Below are positions 15,570 to 27,500 of a stretch of 31,097 nucleotides of DNA, one piece after another. The translations under genes were made by a program, and so were the position numbers. The notes beneath the pieces were generated by a model, which did not search any database, had not been told where the DNA came from, and saw only the letters and a program-made list of their open reading frames with translations. The first letter of the stretch is position 1; the number at the start of each line of letters is the position of its first letter. The stretch comes from a virus (lineage: Duplodnaviria > Caudoviricetes): IMG/VR virus record IMGVR_UViG_3300029318_000059, positions 1 to 31,097 of that record. One strand, given 5' to 3'.

Positions 15570-18500
15570 TTAAGTGAGATAGTTCACAAATTTAAGTGGT
15601 CGGAACCTTTGAATCAGTGGAGATGTGGAGAGTCCAGAATATCCATTAGGTGTAAAGGTAAGTGCATTTGATGCAGATCTATTCTTGAACTTAATTCTAC
15701 CCCATGAGTATTCTCCGAGTGATTGAACTCTTTCAAAACCAGAACCAGTAACAGCAAATCCTACATTTTGTACTTCAACTCTTCTAATTGCAGTTGTACC
15801 AAGACCAACCGTTGTCAAATCGGTTACAAAGTCATAAGCCTTATATGCACGATAGATTCCATCACTTGTATTTGTGGATAATCCGAAGTGGGAAAGATTT
15901 ACAACAAACAAATCACCTTCCTGAACAGTACTCAGAGTTATCGCTGTACCCACAATATTTGGATCTCTCATGTAAGAATCCTGAGGAATATAAAGTTCAA
16001 GAGTTCCTAATGCACCTGCTGACTGAGCAACACCAACTATAATACCCTGATCACCGAAATAAGAATCAACACCAACCTCTTCTCTTCTTGATTTTGGAAC
16101 TTCAACTAGAATCTGTGGAGGATTAGCCGCAGAATATCCGGCACCAGCATTGGTAATTGTAAATCCAGTAATTGTTCCTCCAGCACTCACTGAAGCTGTG
16201 GCAGTTGCTCTTGTTCCACCTACAATATCAACAGGTTGTGATATGGAAACAGATGGTGAACCAGAATAACCAGATCCTACATTACTTATTGTAAATCCTG
16301 TAACTGTTCCAGCAGAACTTACAGATACCGTAGCAACTGCACCCACAATTGGTGATTGATCAATAATTGTTACTCTATCAGTGTAATCAAGAAGTGAAGT
16401 TTCATTCGTTGAGTTGAAGAATGGTCTTGTAGTATCAACATATGCATCTGTAGTATTCACACCAACATATTGAGTAAGGTATGCTGCAGGATAAATTGAT
16501 GGTTCGTATAAAATTCTATCTTTCGTTACGACCTCACCATTGATAGTGATATCATCAGTTTGTTTACACCATGTCAATGGTCTAACCAATCCTTTATTAG
16601 TTGTGATACCAGGTCCATCATAAGCAAAAGTTCTTACGGTATCCAGAGTTGTGATTCCAGTCACAATTCTTTCTTCCTGAAGTAATCCGAATGTTTGACC
16701 CTTACTAGAATCATTTTTCAACTGTAAAGAGTCACCAATTTTGATGGTTTCGAGAATATCAACAAATACAACGTCAACACCAGGAGTACCCTTATAGAAC
16801 ATAATTTTTGCAGTATCTCCTTTCTTAGGTGCTTCTGTAAATTCAATAATAGTACCACCAGTGAACTTGTATGAAGAATTAGGTACCTGAAGAATATCAT
16901 TAATGGTGATAATTAAACATTGTGCGATATTGATATTGGACCCATCAGCAGTTTCGATGGCAAACAGGTTATTATCAATCTTTAATTGGAACCTCGTCTC
17001 AAAACCATCAAATTGATCATCGATTTGATCGAATACATCAATTTCACCGATTGTGAATCCATTAAACGTGTCACGATATACGTCGGAAACAGTAAGAATA
17101 AATGGATCATAAGAACTGGTTGTCTGGATTCCAGTAGTTCCTCCGATGGAAAGTCTAAGTTCCTCACTTTCTTTATATCCAAATCCACCACTTACAATTT
17201 CAAAATTAATTATACTGGATCCTTGACCAACCATTACATCAACTTTTGCTCCTGTTCCTACTCCAGTTGTTCCATCTGCATATACAAGTGGGATACTAGA
17301 ATATGGAAGTGGGGCATCAATCACGACTAATGGTGGATTATTTTCTTCAAGATTTGATCCAAAGAATGATGTATTAATTGCTACAACTTCACCATTTTGT
17401 ACAGTTGCAGTACCAATATTGACCACTGTAGAGAAACCAATATTAGTTGTAATAATTCCAACTTGAACTGTTTGTACTCCTACTCTGTAACCAGAACCAG
17501 GATTACCAATAACAACTGATGTTATTGTACCTGCCGAAGATACAAAACATGATGCACCTGCGGAGATGAGTGGTTGGAATCCAAAACCAGGTGTAGATCC
17601 CACTGATATAATTGTACCACCCCTTGGAATAGATGATTTATTTGGATCATCCTCAGAAGAAACACTGTCACCTAAGTAAGTAATACTTGTTACACCTGCA
17701 TGTTCAATAAGTGTGAAGTCACCAGTTGTTCCTTGAGCACCTTGTGGTTCTTGAAGAATGTTTGAATTTAGAATGATAGCTTGATTAGTTGCAAATCCAG
17801 TAATATTATTTCCATTTTGTAAAAGGGTGAAATTTTTGGTTTGACCATTGAAATCTTTTCGAATATTATCGAAAGTATAATTACTACTATATGTACTATT
17901 ATCATCATTTGCAACACCACTTCTCATGAATGTTCTACCTTGGAATGTAGAATGAGTCGTGATACCTGACCAGTCTAAATTATCGGGACCAGCTGTGTCT
18001 GTACCAATAGGAATACCTCCATAAGGTGCTGATGCGAAATGAACTGTATTATCAACAATATTGTAGTTTCCGCCAAGAAGTTGAACAGTAGATCCATTGG
18101 CGTGAGTACCAATACCCGTTCCCATCTGTGCTCTAATAACCTTGAAGTTATTGGTTTTACCAACACCAATGTTCTGAATTAACATAATTTCGTCATCAAT
18201 CTTGATGAAATCATTAGATTTAAATGATCCTATTCCTGTTACTTCGAAATTGAGGTCAAATATAACCTCTTGATCAAGAGTGGTAGAAATATTTTCTTCA
18301 GTTATTGGTGCTTGAATCATATTATCAATTGCCATCAATGCTCTAGCATTTTGGTTTGTTGATGTGAATTTATGGAACGTACCAATACCAACTCCAGATA
18401 AAATAATAGTATCTGGGTTTGGTTTTAATGCAGCTGCTGCGTTTGTTGCAAGACCAACTGAAACATCAGATAATTTGACAGCATAGACTTCTGTAGGAAG

Positions 18501-21500
18501 TTTGTCAGTCGAAATACCACCAATCGATTGAGTTGGAATACTAATAGCATTAGTAGATTCTTGTAACGAATTTTCATAACTATAAACAATCTTTTCACCA
18601 GTTACGAAATAATGATCAGGTAATTTAATAGAATTATTTGTCAGATCTACTACAGAAGGATCATTTCCAAGGAAAGTTTTTTCAAAGATTGGTAAACCAT
18701 TATGATTGAGAGCAAAAGCTTTTTTAGTATCAAGTTTTGTACCAGTGTAAGTACCATGATTTGAAAATAGAATATTATTATCAAGATCACTAATAGATGT
18801 GATGCCGGTAATATTATTGTAATTCTTAAGACCGATACCAAAAGTTCTTACATCAACAGCAATATTTGCGTTTGGTGTAAAGTTCAAACTTACTGCACTT
18901 CCTGTCTTCGTCATTCCAACAGTACCAAGACCCACTCCAGATACAGTATCAATATTGGCATACTTATTAATATTTTTATTATTTGCATCAAGAACATGGC
19001 ATTCAAACAGTTCATATTCATTGTTTGTTGTATCATGAACGGTGACCATGAAATACTCACCAGCAAATGGATCATTGTAAGAAGCAATTTCAACTGCAGT
19101 TGGTGAACCAGATGATGAAATAGACTTATGATATGATGAAAGGTTGGTAACAATCATTCCAGTGGTGTCAACACCAGTATTTGTTCCATGAGTTTCAATT
19201 GATAAAATATTCGCCGTTACTGCTGTTCCCACAGTTGGATGAATTTTGATTATAATGTCACTACCACTTATGTCTGCGGTGTAAGTTCCAAATCCCAATG
19301 ATGGACCTTCGGTTGTATCAACATCACCATATTGGAGAAGTTGTACATTAGTTCCATTGTGAAGAACGTTAAGTTCATTATAGAAATAGTTGTCATTTCC
19401 ATCTTCTAGTTGTATATGAAGTTTTGCAGATCTAGTTGCAGTCGGAATCTGTAAGATAGTGGTTGCAGTTCCAGCAGAAACAGCAACAGAAGATGATGCG
19501 ATCGAAACAACACTACCAATTGAAGTTGAACCAATACCAGTTACATTTTCTAAACCAGCAAAATTAAAGTAGGAAATTTCATAATTATTGAATTCAAACA
19601 GATTTGGATACCACTGAAGTCCGAACTGACTTGTACCAATACTGATATAATCAAATGATCCAAGCGGCATATTTGTATCAAGTGTACCGTATTGATTCAA
19701 ATAACCCTCTGAACCATTTTGAAGAAGAGTTACAATACCAAATTGTTTTCTATCATTTAACTCGGTATCTTGAACAAGAGTGAAAAACTTATTCCATGCA
19801 TATTTGTTATCGAAGAAACTTACGATAGAATAGGGAGTGTCTCTTGGATCACTATTAAACTGATCACTAAAGTCATCAATCTTAAGAACTCTATTTCCTC
19901 TTGATTCAAAGTAATCGGAAAGTTTTTTACTTTCAAATACAATCTCGTGGGAAATGATTCTTCCATCAGAAACATCTATAGTTCTTTCTGTAGCACCATC
20001 ATAATCGGGGAAGCAATAGAGAGACTCTTCACCAATCAGATCAACAACAGTCGAAATTTCAATGTCTGCAGTTGTGACAATACCTACTGCATTGTTGTCA
20101 ATAACCAAATCTGCAAACTTTTGGAAACCTGCAGTATGATTTAGTGAACTTACTGTATCATCCCAAGTTTCAAGAGCAACTCTCGATTTAAGGGAGTATG
20201 AGAAGTTTTGATAATATTCATTATTAGGAATAACTTGAAGATTGTCATTCAAGAAACCTGAATTGTTTTGCCAACCATCAATTACTGTTGCACCAACTCC
20301 TAATTCAATTGTAGAATTAAACTTAAAGGTATCAAGGACGTTACATTTCACACCAGATGATGTAGACTCAACAATTGATCCAATTGGGAAATCATCCTCA
20401 GCTGATACAAACAGATATCTACTTACATTATCAAATCTCTCGACAATACCAGTTCTTTCACCATTAACAACTTTCTCACCACTCAACAATTCTTTTGTTA
20501 CAATAATTGGATTAAATGTCGGGAAAAAGGTTTTGGGAGTAACTGATCCAGATATAATGGTAGTTACATTTCCAGGACGTTCTTCTGGTGCAAGATCATC
20601 GGTAAGATCATACTCTACATAAGAACCACTACCACCCAGATTACTATCAAGTCCCGTGACTTTAAAAAGTTTGTAACCATAGTCTTCGGAGTTGTAACCC
20701 GTTCCTGTTGTTCCAAAACCGACAGCGACATTTTCTACGAGAATTTCTTCACCAATCTTAAATGGCCAATCTTTAGCATCACTGAATTGTTTAGTGAAAC
20801 TTAAACGAACAATTTTGGTCGTATTATTATATGTGATTGAACTAATACTAAAGCCGTTTGTATTTTGAAGAGGAATAATTTGCGGTTCAACATTATTTAA
20901 AGATTGTGTGTTTCTAATGATATCCAGGAAATTATCATCAGCTCTATTGAATTTCAAGTCAACATCAGTAATCTGTTTTCCCGTCAAACCATCGAGAACA
21001 ACTAATTCTGGAGGTTGACTATAATTTACGCCAGCTGATGTAATACCAATTGATTCGAATGAACCAAGAGGGTCTACTTTAAGAACCTGTGGAAGATTTC
21101 CTACAGCATTAAGAGTACTGTCTGAAGGAAAACCAAATCCAATGTAGTTTATTTTCTGCTTAAGAACTGAACCAATAGTCGAACTTCTTGGTTCTAATAT
21201 TGCACCAGATCCCTTTACACTTCTTACAGATGTAAATCCAGGAAGAACTTTGTATCCACTACCACTATTAACAACTTTTACTGTCTGTATGGGTCCTTCA
21301 GCAGTCGAAGATGTAGTGTAATATTTCATCGTTGTATTTGTCGAATCGTAAGAAGTTACAGTATCGACATTGTATGGGATATTATATTCATAAGTATCTG
21401 ATGTTACTCCAGAGATTGTGTAGACACCATCAAATTTATTAGGTACAATTTCTATACTATTATTTTTATCAACATCAGTGTCCTCAAATATTCTTAATTT

Positions 21501-24500
21501 GACAGGAGGTATGATATTGAGATTATCTGGTTCAAAAGCATAATAAAGATTTCTTGGTAGATTATCACTTACCTTCAAAGTAAGATTTGCAGATGCATCA
21601 ATACCAATTTTTCCATTGCTTGTAACTTCAAAAGTTCTTCCTGTTTGTGAAGTAAAGAACTCATTTATTTTTTGACTGTCACTAAAAATTGACATTTTAA
21701 ATGCAGAGTAAGTAATACCCTTATCCACAAATGATAAAGAAGAATCGGAAAGATCAAATTTAATGTCCTGATTTTCCTGAACTTCAATCCTTGGATTTAT
21801 TTTTGAAATACTTCCTGTCGAAGTTGATTTTATATTAACAAATTCTGGATTTTCATCAAGTAGCTGATACTTCTCATTTACAAGTTTGATGGTGTTTTTA
21901 TCAAAGACGTACACATAATACATTCCAGATGCAGTTAAACCCTCCGATGGGGATGTAGAAGTATAGATGATTTTTTCACCCGTTCTATACTTGTTCTCAG
22001 GAACAATTAATGTGTTATTCGTCGTGTTTATACCAGTTGGTTCAATTGTATCTTTATCAAATACGATTCTTCTGTTATAGTCATCATACTCTACTTTTAA
22101 AGTTGTAGTTGTAGTTGAATTAACGTCAATAGAAACTCCATCACCTCTCTTCAACCCATGAGTTTCTCCAGTAGAAACTGTCACAACATGTTGAGATATT
22201 CTACCAGAAAGAACCTGTGGAAGATCTGTTACGAGACTATGAGTAGCTCCAAGACCTGTCGAATTGGTGAAATATAATAACCCGCCTTTAGATGAATCAA
22301 CTCCAACATAAAGTCCAGTTACTGTACTTATAGCAACTCTGTCTGTAGCCAAACCAATAATATCTTTTGTGATCGGAGCAGCAAAAAGATTCCTTGTTTC
22401 GGTAAGATTATAAATTGGGCTATTTTCAACACCACTCCAAACCTCTAACGATGTTCCATCAATTGCATAATACTTAAGTGGATCATTTAGAGAAAGCCCG
22501 TGATTGGGATACAATAATTGTTGCTGTTTGAGTTCGACTTGCGTTCTTCCTACACCAGGGTTTGAGAATGTAATAGTTGTTGCAGTGCCAGTTGTTTCAG
22601 TACCAAGACCTACCGATTCATTCGGCATAAAGTAAAGAGTTTTATTTTTAATGAGAGGTTTGTTGGTATTGATTCCAACTGTAGTAAATCTAACTCTTCT
22701 GGGATCATCTCTTACAATAGTCCCAGCGGAATGAACAACTTGAAGTGTATTGTTGTGACCTCTCTGTACTCTAATTCTTCCAGATTGTTTATCCAAATTC
22801 AAGACTTTAAATTGTTCAGAATCAATTCTTAAAATATCATTGGGTTCAATTGTCCTAGGATTAATAATACCATTAAGATAAATGAATGTGACAATACCTG
22901 TTGCTGTACCTGTTGCAATACCAACTGATGTATACCATCTCTCACTCGTTATACCCACACTATAGGGTCCTGTAAACCCTTTATAGAACTCTGACAGTCC
23001 ATCGATAAAGATTATATCACCTGTCAATAAGCCATGTGGTGTTGATGTTATTCCAACAAATTTATTTTGAGCTACGTCTCCAGTAAACTCACAATTTTCA
23101 AATACTGTTGTTGCAAGACTTACCTGATTAATCTCCTTTCCTTTAATTGCAGAAACTTTCCATTTTACTCCTCTTCCATCAGTATTAGATGAATCAAAAG
23201 TAACTTTGTCATCTACCTTATAATCATCACCAGGATCTTTGATTTCAAGAATATCAACACCACCAAAAGTTGTTGAAGTTATATCAATTGATGAATTTCT
23301 GATTAAATCTGAATTAAAAATATAGTCGTAACCGTTATTTCCACCATTAGTGAAGTAGAAGTATGTATTTCTCAACCACTTATTTTTTACAATGTCGTAT
23401 TCAGTTTGATTTGATGATGCTTTAAAATTAAAATCGTTAGGTAAAGATTTAAATTTATTACCAATTACATATGGGAACTGTGGAAGTCTAAAGTTGTTAA
23501 ATGGTCCAGATGATTCAATATCATCACTTATGGTGCAGAAATATGCATATACACCATTGGGGTAATCTGGTGTTACACAGAATCTACCATTATATTCGTC
23601 AAGGTCACCGTCACCTACATACTCATAATCATTTACAAAAAATCCATTACTAAACGCAGAGTAAGATGGTCTGTTTTTTGAAGTGATCTTCAGTTTATAA
23701 CCACTCCTCATCCTTCTGATGGATCCAGAACCGTCTATCTTATCGAACGAATATGGACCATAAATGGGATTCCCGTCATATGCCCATCCAATAATAGGAG
23801 AGTGGAATCCACTTGATGTCTCCTCACCACCTGAATCGAGTTGTAAGTCAAAAAGACCATATTGAATATTATCATCGTCAAATCCATTAATTGAATTTGA
23901 AATTGATCTAAGGGGTCTAGGTGCATAGAAAGAAGCAAACTGTAATGATGTATTTGAAATATTATCTACTATGACAGTATCATCGTCACCCAAATTTTGG
24001 AAGTTCTTTTCGAACAGATTTACATTCCATGATCTGATATTAGTTTGAACTCTTCCACCACTACCGGCAGGAATTACATCAATGGATGTTTTCCCTTGAG
24101 TATACCCCACTCCACTCTTTTGGATAATTACACTATCAATTTGACCATCTTTAATAATTGGAACAAGAATTGCAAAATCACCCTTGTCATCTAAACTCCT
24201 TATAATCAAATCTGGTGGTGAATTATATCCACTACCAGGAGAAAGTATAATTACCTCTGTAATTTTTCCATTATTAACAATTGGAGTCAGTCTCGCACCT
24301 GTTCCAGATTCAAAAGTGACCTCAGGTTGTCTGTTGAAATCAATGATCGTTGATGCACCATACCCAACACCACCAGAAACATTATCGATTGAATTTATAG
24401 AACCTCTAAAGACTGGTTGTAATTTTGCTTTGTATTCACGAATATTACCAATAAATGGGTAGTCACTGATAAGCCAATGAGTACCTTCACTTATAGTAAC

Positions 24501-27500
24501 CATGTATTGCATATCTTGGAAGCATGGAGTATGTCCTGAGTCACTTCCTTCAGGAGATTCAAGTAATGCTTCTGTCTCTGTCCAAGCAAGAACTCTTTCT
24601 GGTGTGGTGATGTTCTCTTCAACTGGAGATTCAATAATGAATAATTCCTCAAAATCTTCAACAAATGTTTTATCGTAAGATGCTGGAGTACCTTCTACAT
24701 CAACTGTGATTGGAGGATAGTTAAAGGAACCTCTTCCTGCATTTACAAAATCAACTATTATATTTCTATCGAAATAATATGATGATTCTAAATCACCAGT
24801 TCCCGCTTCTGATAATGAAAATTCATTTTCATTTATTCTATGAACATAGTAATCTTTTCTTTCAGATAAACCTTTTACTGAAGGAAGAGAATCATCCTTC
24901 GTATATCTTACAATTTCCTTATCTCTATAACCATGGTTAATAATTTCAACCCTATTCGAAACAGTATTTACACCAACAGTTGGAATAGTTCTTTTTTTAC
25001 TTTCATATCCGACTCCAGGATTTGTAATAACAACACTAGAGACAACCGATTTTAGTTCAGATGCTGTGAGATATTGGATACCATCTCCATATTCGTCAAA
25101 AGTAATTGTATTGATGCCTGCTATTGCATCAGCTGATGTTGGGTGAAGTGTGAGTTTTTTATGAGTTGTGACAAACACATAATATTCAGAATCAGTGGTC
25201 AGTCCAGTTATTGCCTTTGTTCCACCTGTTTTATAAATGACACTTTCGCCATCCATAAATTTATGATCATCATCAAAAACAAATTCATTTGTTGTCAGAT
25301 TTAAGTTAGAAGAAGAATTTGCATTGAATGAATTTTCATGAACTATGGAAATCATTCTAGGTTCTGCTGAAGCACCAAATCCATTTCCACCCTTTATTGT
25401 GATGGTAGGTCGTGTATAATAACCCAATCCACTATCAGTGACATCAAGTCTAACCAAATTACCAATAATATTAGCGGTAGCAGTTGCACCAGTTCCTACT
25501 TCATCAGAAATTTTAACAATAGGTGGATTAATAATATCGTAATCTTGTCCACCTCTCGTTACGGTAAATCCTGTAATGTCACCATAATAAACACTATTTG
25601 TGGATTTGTAGTTTAAAAGTTCAACACCGTTGTTCCAAATACCAATAGAACCAGCCTTTGTAAGTTGATCATCAGCTCTATTGTTTATGGGTTCAAGTAT
25701 TTGTCTATAAATCCCTTGAGGTTTGATATTTTTATTATAAAATTCAAGTAATGTCAGAGAAGCATTTGTGACAGAACCATTGAAAGTTACATATGTTTCT
25801 CTAAAAAGATCAGCTTTACTTCTTGCAAAACTAATTTGACTTTCATTTATTCTTTTTACAAAATATGATGCAGTCGGGACATCCTCGAATCCATTACCAT
25901 TCGATTGAAAATATACAGAGTCTCCAGTGTAGAAACCATGGTCAGGAAGAGAAGTGGGATTAGTTGGGAGAGTTAAAACCTTTGTACCTTGTAATGAAGT
26001 TGTAAATGTTACACTATGATTGTAAGTATTACTTAAAACATCATCATATCTGGGTATTGAGTTTGATGCGACCATCACATCACCATTAAATTTGGCATAC
26101 GTATTCTGTACGTTTGCAACAAATTTTTGTATGTAAGGGAATTTTGTAGAATTTCCCTTAAGAAGTTGATTTTCAATGAAAAATGTTCCATCAAGAGGAA
26201 TTTGTTCAGAAAATCTTACATTTACGGTATCATTTGAAATTACCCTAATAACTGAACCCAATAAAGAAACTGATTTAGTTTCATTTTCATATCTAAGTTG
26301 ATAGCCCTCATTGTAGAAAGGAGGAGTATAGAACTTAAATTGATAAACGAATGCACTCCCATCAATTACTCTAGTTTCAGCTACTTTGTATTTGGGTTTG
26401 ATGTTTAAAAACCAATTATTGCTTTTCTTACCAGATGCCTCAAGGCCTAATGATTTGATCTGAATCGTATCATTAGGTCTAAAATAATTAGTTTTATCGT
26501 TCTGAATAAAATCTTTTAATGTAGAGGTGAAACGAACTTGAATTTCAGTGTCTGTATTAATCCCTACATATGCATATGAATAATCGTCAAGTTTTACGTC
26601 CTTTGTCTTATCTAAGTCTTTTACGACTCCCTCACAATTGAAAAACTGGTTTGAAGTCTTTCCAGTGTATGCAATCGATACTTCTTGACCATCTTCATCT
26701 TCAATTGTTATTTTTCCAAACTCTGGAAAATCAATAGTTGAATCAACATTGATTATAGAAGCACCAACACTCACATTCTCAAGAAGTTTGGTTAATGGAT
26801 TTGGTTTGAATTCACCAACTATTGAACCAGTTATACTGGTGTTCTCAATACCTTTATCAATACTGACTTGATAGTATTGATAATCCGTGTATGGGATTTG
26901 TTGTACGTTTGTGACAGAACCCTTAGCACCAGTTCTTTTTTGTGTAATTGTAAGATTTTTTAAATCTAAAGGATCACCCTGAACTTTTTCTACAACATAG
27001 TCTTGGGTAACTCTATAATCTGCATTGGATGGAGTTAAGAGAAGATTAGAGGGTTTGATAATCTCAACATCTTCACCATATAATGCTCTGAATAAAATTT
27101 CATAAGACTGATCAGTTCCCTTTGAGGAATAAAAACTGTCAGCATTAAATACAAAGTTCTTCTTATTTAAATCACTATAAAAAGTTCTATCATCAAAACC
27201 AGGAGTAACCTGTTTTTTAAGTTTATTAAAGAACTGTTTTAGAAACAGAATATTTAAATTATTAACTTTTGAACCAGTTGAATGTTTTTTACTTTCGGTT
27301 TGAGTAAATGTCAATTCATCAGGATTACCTGTTGAAATATAAGTCGTTATACCACTAAATCCTCTTTTACATCCAGTGAATGAATTTGTGGTGGTTCCAG
27401 AATAATATACAATCTCATCATCAATTTGAATAATACCATTTTTATCAGGAAAACCAATAGTTGATGAAACAGGAATTTCCGATGATAATAACGTGATATC

